Of a DNA stretch of 64,000 nucleotides, positions 8,729 to 16,720 are shown one piece after another (position 1 is the first letter of the stretch; each line of letters opens with the position of its first letter). Below the pieces are notes generated by a model that ran no database searches, was not told where the DNA came from, and saw nothing but the letters and a program-made list of their open reading frames with translations. Location: positions 182 through 64,181 of the forward strand of contig CAAGLY010000013.1 in assembly GCA_900770925.1 (NCBI GenBank). The letters run 5' to 3'. Origin of the DNA: Bacilli bacterium. Lineage in GTDB: Bacteria > Bacillota_I > Bacilli_A > RFN20 > CAG-288. Both the position numbers and the translations under genes were made by a program.

Positions 8729-10657
8729 TTAGGAATCCGTCTCTGTCTTACTAACCGATCCTAAGGAATAAGTGTTTCCGCTCGTCACGCCATGAAGAGA
8801 GAAAGTAGCTTCAAATAAGCACTCCTCCTGGAAATAATCTGCCTTATTCAGAGTCAGTTGATAAGAATCCGATGATGTCTTTTCCCTCTCTAACTCATAA
8901 TCCCTCCCCGATACAGTCAGATAAACCATCGGCTGGTCGAGTTCTTCATCTAGTCCATGTTTATCGAGATTATCAATAGTAAAGGTAATTTGGTCTTCTG
9001 CATCCTGATATCCGCACTCCGCTGTGGGAAGCCTACCCCTCCGCTTAAGATAACTATAGGAATAAGGATTATCCTTCAATAGTCCATTGATTACCTGGCT
9101 CTTTCCCTGTAGCTGCCTGTTGATATAATCTTTGCCATAAGTTTCAAGATAGGTGGCCTCATCACTATAAAGATCAACGCCAAGAGCAAGATAAGGAGAA
9201 GACAAGGAGACATTCAGACTGGAAAGGATAGTGGGGAAGATGTCAAAATGAGAGAAGGTCCGCTCTGTTTCTGAACTTCTCTTCTTTGCACTGTTGATGA
9301 AATTGACATAGGTCTTCCGCTGATATCCGCTTTTGTCTGCCTGCTTGCAGAAAGAAGCAGACCTAGTCGGATGATCGCCTAGGATGACAATGGTCGTATT
9401 ATCCCGGACATCCTGAGCAACGTCTTCGTTTCCGTCTTTTCCGAAAAACCAGTTCACAAAGGAAGTTACCTGTCTAGAAGAGCAGGCAATGACATTTGCA
9501 TACTGGGTATCAAAATCATCTTTGCAGTATGAGCAGAGGAATCCATCCGGATGCGAGGAGTCTCCGACATAGAAATGGGTATCAACCGTCAACCTAGTAT
9601 AGTTAAACGGCTTTCCGTTCTCTTGGTAGTTCTTTGCTTTCTCCTTGATTTCGTTTTTTGCAAAACCGAAAAGATGGTAATCCATAAAACCCCATTGGTT
9701 CTCTGCATTCGTGTACCCTTGTCCATAATAGGTGTAGTAATCATGGATAGTATAGTTTCCATGGCTCTGATAATAGAGTTTTCTGCCTGCAAAGGAAGCA
9801 TCGCTTCCGCAGATGAATGTCTGATCATAGCCCTGTGCATTAAGAATATCACCCAAGGAAACAACATTAGGAAAGAAGCTTTCCTGAGTATCCCTGTTAT
9901 TCTGCCCAAGCCCAGTCTTAAACGGAAGTCCGGTCGAATAGGCAAATAGTCCTGCCCTAGTCCAATCCGTATACTCAAGAGCTATTGCTCCGTTTAATGT
10001 CTCCCCGTTACCAAAACATTCGTTCTCAAGGGCAAGGTCAGATAATCCTTCCAGATAGTCCTCTTCAAAGAAACCGCCATGGCTCGTGTCCGAATAGGTC
10101 GTTTCCCTGCTCTCAAGAGTAATCCTGATCAGATTGCGCTTCTTTTCCGGAAAATCCATCATAGCTTCATCGGGTGAAACATAGTTATCGTCAATGAAAT
10201 CAGCTTCCTTTTTCGAATTGGAAATGTATTCGCTGACTCCGAGATAGTCATAAGCCTTGGCAAATGCAGTGGCCGAGAAAGCAATTGACCCGAAAATCGT
10301 GACGGCTAAAGTAAGACAGGAAGCAGCTTTCAGCTTCTTCTTGTCTTTCTTAAAGACAAAGCGGAAAACAAAGATAAGGGCAATAAGCAAAAGGAAAGTA
10401 ATTAGGGAAGGAAGAATAACCGAAAGATTAAACTGCTGCAGGGTGTCTCCTGTAATACCGCTCAATGTCTTAAGCTGGGCAATCAGTTCATAAAGAGACA
10501 GATTAGACCAGGTGTTCCTCATCCAGAAAAGACCGAATCCGAAAAAGAGGAACACATAAATAAAAAGGTAAAGAAGAACGAACAGGATGATCTTTACCGC
10601 TTTTGGAAGCTTATGCTTTGTTTTCTGTGTTTCTTTCTTTCCGTTTTCCTGAGTCAT
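8729..10657 (-). CDS. LTA synthase / phosphoglycerol-transferase family protein (sulfatase domain) with N-terminal TM block and C-terminal extra domain
   Basis: About 5 TM helices precede a sulfatase-type domain (NLI.ITLES.ETT, IVILGDHPTR). The start is set at the ATG at 10657, which sits 7 nt after a consensus -10. The upstream TTG-initiated extension has no support. Confidence 0.75.
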   Translation of the reverse strand: MTQENGKKETQKTKHKLPKAVKIILFVLLYLFIYVFLFFGFGLFWMRNTWSNLSLYELIAQLKTLSGITGDTLQQFNLSVILPSLITFLLLIALIFVFRFVFKKDKKKLKAASCLTLAVTIFGSIAFSATAFAKAYDYLGVSEYISNSKKEADFIDDNYVSPDEAMMDFPEKKRNLIRITLESRETTYSDTSHGGFFEEDYLEGLSDLALENECFGNGETLNGAIALEYTDWTRAGLFAYSTGLPFKTGLGQNNRDTQESFFPNVVSLGDILNAQGYDQTFICGSDASFAGRKLYYQSHGNYTIHDYYTYYGQGYTNAENQWGFMDYHLFGFAKNEIKEKAKNYQENGKPFNYTRLTVDTHFYVGDSSHPDGFLCSYCKDDFDTQYANVIACSSRQVTSFVNWFFGKDGNEDVAQDVRDNTTIVILGDHPTRSASFCKQADKSGYQRKTYVNFINSAKKRSSETERTFSHFDIFPTILSSLNVSLSSPYLALGVDLYSDEATYLETYGKDYINRQLQGKSQVINGLLKDNPYSYSYLKRRGRLPTAECGYQDAEDQITFTIDNLDKHGLDEELDQPMVYLTVSGRDYELEREKTSSDSYQLTLNKADYFQEECLFEATFSLHGVTSGNTYSLGSVSKTETDS

Positions 10658-10664
10658 GGACGAT

Positions 10665-10693
10665 ATTCTAAGATAAAATCTCTGCTGATTCAA
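10665..10693 (-). promoter_or_regulatory. sigma-70 type promoter placed for a leaderless or near-leaderless transcript
   Basis: On the minus strand: TTGAAT (10693-10688), a 17-nt spacer, TAGAAT (10670-10665), then 7 nt to the ATG at 10657. No SD is present. Confidence 0.55.
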
Positions 10694-11093
10694 ACAAATT
10701 TCCTTCTTTTGTTTAATATAACGCCTGATTGATAAAAGAACAGAATTCCGATCAGAACAGATTTCATCCGTTTTTTCATCGTTTATGCGTCCGAAATCAA
10801 ACCCATTTTCGAAAAAACACTTCAACCCCCTTAAAGAAGGACAAAACAAGGAATCTTACGAAAGCGTTTCCACAGGAGAAGGGACCGGTGCTCATTTAGT
10901 TACATCCCTACTACTATTACTTATCGATTCTAGAAGTAAAAGAAATAATCGTCTGTTTCTATGTTTCTTTTATCTGTGTGTTATCTGCATTCAAATATTC
11001 ATTTTTGTCGATTAATACGATGTTTTTTCTATCTTTCAGCCGTTTACTTCTAGATACTTCTAGATATTTTCCAGAAGTGTCTTTCGTCCCGCC

Positions 11094-11438
11094 TTATTTC
11101 GCACTCTGTCTGATCGGAGCTGACTCTTTCCATAAGTATTGATTGCTGATAATTTTTCTAAACCTGATTGCCGCATCATGACTGGCTCCTTCAAGAATAG
11201 CCCCCTGCTTAGGATGGAAATCAGCGGAACTCATATTTTCCCTTGCAGCAACAGAAATAATGTTTGTAAAGCTATGTTCAACAATCACTTTATCTATCTC
11301 ATCAGGCAAAGCACTGCCGTTATATAAGCTGTCTTTGTTGACACAGACGGAAAACCCAGCTGTTTTCCGATAAAAATTTCTTGGATTAAAAGTATTCCGA
11401 TACGCATAGCCGACAACCTTATCGCCAGCCTCCATCAC
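11094..11438 (-). pseudogene. N-terminally truncated GNAT (phosphinothricin-acetyltransferase-like) remnant
   Basis: KVVGYAY..F..R..Y..T...SV.V matches the middle of PAT-type GNATs, but about 60 N-terminal residues are missing. An in-frame TGA lies just upstream at about 11466, and the acetyl-CoA loop is degenerate. Confidence 0.5.
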
Positions 11439-11619
11439 AAGAAAAAGATACTTTCTAGCAATACCTCACCCCGAGTCTAGAATTCATCGAGGCATATTTT
11501 CTTATCTTTCAATGTAAAGCACGTGTTCTCAATATAATGTTACTGATAGCAAGACATTTTGTAACATCTTTTTTCTTCTATCGCAAAGATTGTTATGTTT
11601 TACCTAGTTTTCTAAAAAT

Positions 11620-12822
11620 CTATTCATCTCTAAGCAGCCATCGAGAAGGATCAATAATCTGGATTCCGTCAATTTCATATTCTGGCTGATACGTACGGGC
11701 AATTAATATCTTAGAATAGTTGTCCTTGATTGCTTTTAAGGGCTCGAGTTCCCGTTTCAATGTTGTCTCATCGCTAATACTATAGGCAACCTGGAAATAA
11801 GTCCGCTTATTTTCTTTGATGGCAACAAAATCAATTTCCTTTCTATAGAGTTTGCCAACATAGACCTCATACCCTCTTCTTAGTAGTTCAATAGCAATGA
11901 CATTTTCAAGAACATGTCCATAGTCTAAAGTCTTAGTTCCTAAAAGAGAATACCGGAAAGAAATATCCGCTAAATAAAACTTATCATCTGTCTGAAGATA
12001 TTTCTTGCCTTTAACATCGAATCTTCTCATCCGATAAAAGGCAAAAGCATTGGTAAGATAATCAATATAGCTCTGAATTGTTTTTTTGTTTGCTTTAGTT
12101 CCGTTCTGCAAAAGTCTCGCTTCGATGTTTCGGACAGATAAAAGACTACCAATATTGCTTACAAGAAAATCAAGAAGCATTTCTAAAAGGGGAATGTTAC
12201 GGATGTGTTGTTTCTGAACGATATCCCGGATAATAAGAGCGTTCAGAACATCACGATTCAGATAGTCTCTCCGCCTCTCTTCTCTCTGATAAACGTAGCT
12301 TCCTGGCATACCCCCAATTCTAAGATAGTCATCGAAAGAATCATATACAGATTTCTGAACAGGAAAATACTCAAGGAATTCTCCAAAGGAAAAAGGAAAG
12401 ACAGGAATTTCAAAAGTACGTCCGACAAACAAAGTGGCAAGGTCAGAACTGGAAAGAAATGCGTTAGAGCCAGTGATATAAATATCGTATTTTTCTTCAG
12501 CATGAAGTGAGTTAATTGCTTTTTCAAACCCTTGACATAGCTGAATCTCATCAATCATTAAATAATTCTTTGTGTCTGGCTTATATTTTTTGGATACATA
12601 TTCCAACAGACGATGATATTCATTGATTTCTTCAAATTGGGCCAAATTGAAATTGATTTTGATGATATTGGAACGCGGTTCCGTCTTTCTTATTTCATCG
12701 GAAAATAAATCCAGCAGCTTTGATTTCCCACATCGCCGAATTCCTGTAATTACTTTGATATCGGGTGTTCCCCTACATTCCTTAAGAATCCCCAGATATC
12801 GGTTTCTTCGAATCAGTTTCAT
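11620..12822 (-). CDS. AAA-family ATPase with DUF4143 domain
   Basis: Walker A ITGIRRCGKS, Walker B LMIDEIQ, and a DUF4143-like C-terminal half. The start is set at MKLIRRNRYL (12822). The gene is markedly AT-rich. Confidence 0.75.
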   Translation of the reverse strand: MKLIRRNRYLGILKECRGTPDIKVITGIRRCGKSKLLDLFSDEIRKTEPRSNIIKINFNLAQFEEINEYHRLLEYVSKKYKPDTKNYLMIDEIQLCQGFEKAINSLHAEEKYDIYITGSNAFLSSSDLATLFVGRTFEIPVFPFSFGEFLEYFPVQKSVYDSFDDYLRIGGMPGSYVYQREERRRDYLNRDVLNALIIRDIVQKQHIRNIPLLEMLLDFLVSNIGSLLSVRNIEARLLQNGTKANKKTIQSYIDYLTNAFAFYRMRRFDVKGKKYLQTDDKFYLADISFRYSLLGTKTLDYGHVLENVIAIELLRRGYEVYVGKLYRKEIDFVAIKENKRTYFQVAYSISDETTLKRELEPLKAIKDNYSKILIARTYQPEYEIDGIQIIDPSRWLLRDE

Positions 12823-12998
12823 TATTATTATAGTTATAATATAGCATTCTATTAGCCAAATTTGAATTATTTTCATTTTTGGCTAACAGAAGCGAAGAGA
12901 GGAGCATAAGTTTGTTCAATGCATAATAATTTAGTATTAATACGTAGAGAGCTAGTCCTTATCATTAAAGATGCACAGAATAGCTGTTAAGCTTTAGA

Positions 12999-13169
12999 CT
13001 AGGCACAGCATCTGAATTCCAGCCAAGAATCGTAATTAAGAGTTCCGCCATTGGCTTTATCGGATTCATAAATAGATCCGATCCGAGGATCCGTTCCGTT
13101 TGAATCGGTTCCGCATCCAGTAAGCAGAATCGTATACAAAAGCACTAATATTACTTTTGAGCGTTTCAT
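12999..13169 (-). CDS. small putative lipoprotein (56 aa), not in the ORF track
   Basis: The sequence begins MKRSKVILVLLYTILLTGCG, a signal peptide plus lipobox. SD AAGGATGGTGA lies upstream of the ATG at 13169, and the stop is a TAG at 12999. Confidence 0.4.
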   Translation of the reverse strand: MKRSKVILVLLYTILLTGCGTDSNGTDPRIGSIYESDKANGGTLNYDSWLEFRCCA

Positions 13170-13501
13170 TTCACCATCCTTTTGCGCTAGAAATAAACAC
13201 TTGACCGCATAAGAGACTATGAAAAAGTTCTCTTATGAGATCTGAAATTAATATCCCCCCTCTAGTGATTTCTGTCAATTAATCAGGCATCGTTTCAGGT
13301 TGCAGTTTCTACTATATTGCCAGGAAAAATATGAATCTTTATTTCCAATTTCTATTTTCTTTTAAAGGGTGCTATTTAAATCATCCATCTGTGTTTAATT
13401 AATGCACCAGCAGAATAAAAGATAATGTGTGACCCATTAGTTTTTCTAGAGAATCAAAAGCAAAGGAAACCGGATTTTATCCTTGCTTATTATTTCAAAG
13501 C

Positions 13502-13533
13502 AAAAATCGCCCCATTTTACTGAGGCGATTTTT
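13502..13533. terminator. bidirectional intrinsic terminator downstream of the tRNA-Val/Ser pair
   Basis: Stem aatcgcc (13505-13511) pairs with ggcgatt (13524-13530), flanked by an A-run and a T-run. Confidence 0.6.
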
Positions 13534-13636
13534 CTATTGGCCTATCTGCTTATCAGAGATCTGCTTTCCTAAAATAAGCTTGGCGGTAATAACGAACCAG
13601 TAATGATAGTCATACTTAGTTCAGATAGAAGACGAA

Positions 13637-13728
13637 TGGCGGAGCAGAAGAGATTCGAACTCTTGCTCGGTTATAAGCCGACTGACGGTTTTCAAGACCG
13701 TTCCCTTGAACCGCTTGGGTACTGCTCC
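13637..13728 (-). tRNA. tRNA-Ser (anticodon UGA)
   Basis: A 92-nt class II tRNA with acceptor GGAGCAG/CTGCTCC, anticodon arm ACGGT-CTTGAAA-ACCGT, a long variable arm (TCGG..CCGA), T-loop TTCGAAT, G73 and encoded CCA. Confidence 0.92.
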
Positions 13729-13790
13729 ACAGACAGACAGAACAAAGAACGAAAAAAAGCCACCGTCTGGGATGGCCTTCTTTGCTTTAA

Positions 13791-13866
13791 TGGTGGGCGC
13801 TATAGGGTTTGAACCTATGACCTTCCGCACGTCAAGCGGATGCTCTCCCAGCTGAGCTAAACGCCC
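13791..13866 (-). tRNA. tRNA-Val (anticodon GAC)
   Basis: A 76-nt cloverleaf with acceptor GGGCGTT/AGCGCCC, anticodon arm TCCGC-TTGACGT-GCGGA, T-loop TTCAAAC, A73 and encoded CCA. Confidence 0.9.
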
Positions 13867-13878
13867 AAAGCGTAAGTA

Positions 13879-13907
13879 ATTTTATAGTCTTGTCCTTTGT
13901 TTGTCAA
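13879..13907 (-). promoter_or_regulatory. sigma-70 type promoter for tRNA-Val
   Basis: On the minus strand: TTGACA (13907-13902), a 17-nt spacer, then TAAAAT (13884-13879), 12 nt before the tRNA 5' end. Confidence 0.6.
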
Positions 13908-13991
13908 TCACTTTTTGATTTTTTTCATAATTTTCCTCTTTCCTGATTTTTTAGATAGGAAATAATTTTTTGTTTCTGCTATCATGAATTC

Positions 13992-14390
13992 ATGACAAAA
14001 GACGAACCGAAATGTTCTCTTCTCTTCACTATGCCGGTCTATCTTGCAGCTATATTAGCTGCAGTTATTCTTTTATCTTTCAGAAAGTGGGCATACGCAC
14101 TCATTGTCCTGATTCCTTTAGTTTTCCTCTATCCGATCTGGATGACCTTCATTCAAAGCCGGGATTACAAAGGGAAGAAAAAGTTTCCGTATTACGGATA
14201 CATCCTTCTTCGCTACCTTCTTGTCCTCTTATGTGTCCTTATTCCAGCCCTTCTTTACCACTATATTCCCTTCTTTTCTAATAGTTTAACTGGTTTTTCA
14301 CTACTCATTCCGCCGTCAGAAGTGTTAATCTTATATAGGTTAATTATTCCGGAAACATTATTAATTGAAAGAAAAAGAGAGAAACGGTAA
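13992..14390 (+). CDS. small polytopic membrane protein, AtpI-like by position
   Basis: 132 aa with 4 hydrophobic segments, located immediately upstream of atpB where atpI normally sits. I recognise no sequence motif. Confidence 0.4.
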   Translation: MTKDEPKCSLLFTMPVYLAAILAAVILLSFRKWAYALIVLIPLVFLYPIWMTFIQSRDYKGKKKFPYYGYILLRYLLVLLCVLIPALLYHYIPFFSNSLTGFSLLIPPSEVLILYRLIIPETLLIERKREKR

Positions 14391-14392
14391 AA

Positions 14393-15208
14393 ATGGACTT
14401 CAGCCGAGTAACAGACAAAAACTTTGCCCGTAATATTTCCACCGAGTTCATTGCAAGCAGGGCAACAAGGCTACTGATTATCGTTTTTTCTTTCGTGGTT
14501 TATTTCAAGCAGAAAAAGTATTCCTATAAGGACAAACCCAAAGGAATTGTCAACCTTGCCGAAATCATCGTCGAATTCGGTGACAAGCAGGTCAACGAAC
14601 TCATGGGCAAGCCAAAATACTTTTCTAATTTCGGCGGATATGTCATTCCCTTAGCCGCCTATATCTTCCTTGGCTTTTTCATCGGCAGGATGGGAATTCC
14701 AAACTTCATCGTCCTTGGTCCAGCCAGCGAAGGATACCTAAGGAATGAGCAGAATCTCTTCACCCAGATCAGCCCGCCATTCACAAACCTCGCTTTCACT
14801 AGGACAATCGGTTTACTTACTGTTGTCCTTATCGAACTGACGAAGAGGCGCTGCGATAAATGGAACTACTATAAGCAGTTCATCTTCACCTTCCCTCCGC
14901 TTCTTCCTTTAGCCACGAACTTAGTCCCGATGCTTTCCTTAGGAAGGCGTCTATTTGGAAACGCCTTTGCCGGTTTCTGCATAGAAACCCTTCTCTACTA
15001 TGCCCTGAATTCTATTGGGCATTCCTTCGGTTTGGTTCTAGCACCTGTCATCAGGCCTGCCATACATGCTTACTTCGATGCCTGGGGTGGTATTATCCAG
15101 ACAAGGGTATTTGTCAGGATCACCAGGAGGAACATCGCTCAGCAGGCTCCGGAAAGCGAAGCCGTCGAGCAACAAGCCAAAGCAAGGACGCTTAAGGCCC
15201 ACAGGTAG
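14393..15208 (+). CDS. atpB: F0F1 ATP synthase subunit a
   Basis: 271 aa and polytopic, with the LSLG.RLFGNAFAG motif carrying the essential Arg of subunit a. The operon context supports the call. Confidence 0.88.
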   Translation: MDFSRVTDKNFARNISTEFIASRATRLLIIVFSFVVYFKQKKYSYKDKPKGIVNLAEIIVEFGDKQVNELMGKPKYFSNFGGYVIPLAAYIFLGFFIGRMGIPNFIVLGPASEGYLRNEQNLFTQISPPFTNLAFTRTIGLLTVVLIELTKRRCDKWNYYKQFIFTFPPLLPLATNLVPMLSLGRRLFGNAFAGFCIETLLYYALNSIGHSFGLVLAPVIRPAIHAYFDAWGGIIQTRVFVRITRRNIAQQAPESEAVEQQAKARTLKAHR

Positions 15209-15240
15209 AACAGAAATCGCCAAGTCAAGGAGGCAAATTT

Positions 15241-15549
15241 ATGAATTTCTTATCGAATCTGGTTTTTTTAGCCGAGCAGACTACTACAGAAGCCGCAAAA
15301 TTCGCTAGCTTAGGACAGAGGTACATCGCCATCGGTATCATCAGGATTGCCATGGGCTTCTCCTCCTTAGCAGAAGGTGCTGTTGTTGTCACCGCCATCA
15401 AGGGAAGGTCCCGCAATCCGGAAGCCACCGGCAAGCTCCGTTCTTCTATGATCTTAGGATCCTCCATCTGCGAAACGGTTGCTATCTACGGCCTTGTTCT
15501 CGCTATTCTTAGGATTTTCGTTGCCAACCCGGTTGCTTTAGCCAAGTAG
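15241..15549 (+). CDS. atpE: F0F1 ATP synthase subunit c
   Basis: 102 aa forming a helical hairpin, with polar loop G-(AGG)-SRNPE and the essential carboxylate in ICETVAIYGLV. Confidence 0.9.
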   Translation: MNFLSNLVFLAEQTTTEAAKFASLGQRYIAIGIIRIAMGFSSLAEGAVVVTAIKGRSRNPEATGKLRSSMILGSSICETVAIYGLVLAILRIFVANPVALAK

Positions 15550-15568
15550 AGCAGAAAAGGAACGGGAA

Positions 15569-16171
15569 ATGAAGAAGAAGCTCATTCCGGCTTCCTTATT
15601 ATCTCTTTCCCTGCTAAGGCTGACATCCTGTGAAACAGACAGCAGGTCCGGAAGCATCTCTGACAAGGTCAGCAGCGCTCTTCCGAACCTGTGGATATCC
15701 TTAGCTCAGCTAGCTGCCTTCCTCGTAAGGGTAGCTATCTTCTTTGTGTTTGCCTATAAGCCAATCAAAAAGAAGAGGAAACAGCGCGCCGACTATATTG
15801 CCGGCAACATCAAGGATTCCGAACAGGCAAAAGAAGCCGTAAGCAACAGCGAACAGATCTGCCACGATACCATTAACCACGGCAAAGCCGAGGCAAGCCG
15901 TATTGTCTCTGCTGCCAATAAGACAGCAAAGGATTCAGCAGACGAAATTCTCAAACGGGCAAACGACCAGGCTGATGCTATCCGTGAGCAGGCTAAGAAG
16001 GATGCTGAGCAGATCAAAAAGGATTCCCTTAAACAGACCCATGATGAAATCGTCAATGGTGCCATCTCTGCTTCTAAGGCAATCCTGAAACGCGAACTGA
16101 ATAAGGAAGATAACGATAAGGCAGTCGACGAGTTCCTCAATAAGAGGAAGAAGGAAGAAAAGAATGGATAA
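15569..16171 (+). CDS. atpF: F0F1 ATP synthase subunit b with lipoprotein-type signal
   Basis: 200 aa with an N-terminal signal ending in the lipobox LTSC, one TM helix, then a long charged coiled coil typical of subunit b. Confidence 0.8.
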   Translation: MKKKLIPASLLSLSLLRLTSCETDSRSGSISDKVSSALPNLWISLAQLAAFLVRVAIFFVFAYKPIKKKRKQRADYIAGNIKDSEQAKEAVSNSEQICHDTINHGKAEASRIVSAANKTAKDSADEILKRANDQADAIREQAKKDAEQIKKDSLKQTHDEIVNGAISASKAILKRELNKEDNDKAVDEFLNKRKKEEKNG

Positions 16172-16706
16172 AGCCCTTCTTGAGCATTATGCCTATGCCC
16201 TGTTTTCCCTTTCGAAGGAAGAAAACAAGGAAGAGGAATACCGCACGGAAAGGAACTGGCTGGACCAGGTTTTCAAGGAAAACCCGGACCTGCTCTCTTT
16301 TCTCTCGTCTCCTAGGGTATCCCCTAGAGACAAGGAGAAGATCAGGGATGATGTCTTTAGCAATGATCTTTCCAAAGCCGTGAACGGATTTATCCGGGTC
16401 AGGAGGAAGCGGAAAGCCCTGAAGGAATTCCATTCGATTGTCAAAGCCTACAACCACCTTTACAACGAAGATACCGGCGTACTTGAAGGCCGGGTATACT
16501 CCGCATTTGAACTTAGCGATTTACAGAGGAAACAGCTCGAAGAGGGATTCTCTAAGCAATACCAGAAGAGAGTCACTCTGAGCCAGTTCCTTGAACCTTC
16601 CCTAATCGGAGGAAGGAAAGTCTATATCGGCGATACGTTATACGATAATTCCGTTGACTCACGATTAGAAGCCGTACGGAAAGTCCTATTAGAGAAGCAA
16701 GCATAG
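16164..16706 (+). CDS. atpH: F0F1 ATP synthase subunit delta (OSCP)
   Basis: 180 aa with OSCP-like pattern (YA.ALF..., GG..V.IGD.L.D.S). It overlaps atpF by 8 nt and sits at the expected operon position. Confidence 0.85.
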   Translation: MDKALLEHYAYALFSLSKEENKEEEYRTERNWLDQVFKENPDLLSFLSSPRVSPRDKEKIRDDVFSNDLSKAVNGFIRVRRKRKALKEFHSIVKAYNHLYNEDTGVLEGRVYSAFELSDLQRKQLEEGFSKQYQKRVTLSQFLEPSLIGGRKVYIGDTLYDNSVDSRLEAVRKVLLEKQA

Positions 16707-16720
16707 GAAGGAGAAGAACA

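Noticed and set aside
10785-11015. 76-aa ORF on +, plus the TTG-initiated N-terminal extension of the LTA-synthase-like gene (10658-10849)
   Set aside because: A consensus TTGAAT-17-TAGAAT promoter sits inside this stretch, 7 nt before the ATG at 10657. That makes the upstream part non-coding.
11046-11065. Tandem duplication acttctagat acttctagat, and nearby ttctagaa palindromes
   Set aside because: There are only two 10-bp units in non-coding AT-rich DNA. That is too short to interpret as a functional repeat.
10850-13636. Integrated element at tRNA-Ser with att duplication
   Set aside because: I could find no integrase gene and no copy of the tRNA-Ser 3' end. I describe the segment only as a compositionally distinct accessory patch.
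13729-13790. Hairpin with a T-run (GCCATC..GGTGGC TTTTTTT on the minus strand) between tRNA-Val and tRNA-Ser, as evidence for separate transcription units
   Set aside because: No promoter is visible in the 62-nt spacer for tRNA-Ser. The hairpin is more likely a partial terminator or processing structure within one tRNA operon. It is noted here but not called as a feature.
13603-13830. Two 69-aa ORFs in the track (13603-13812 on + and 13621-13830 on -)
   Set aside because: They lie on top of canonical tRNA-Ser and tRNA-Val cloverleaves and the spacer hairpin. They have no RBS and their composition is not protein-like.
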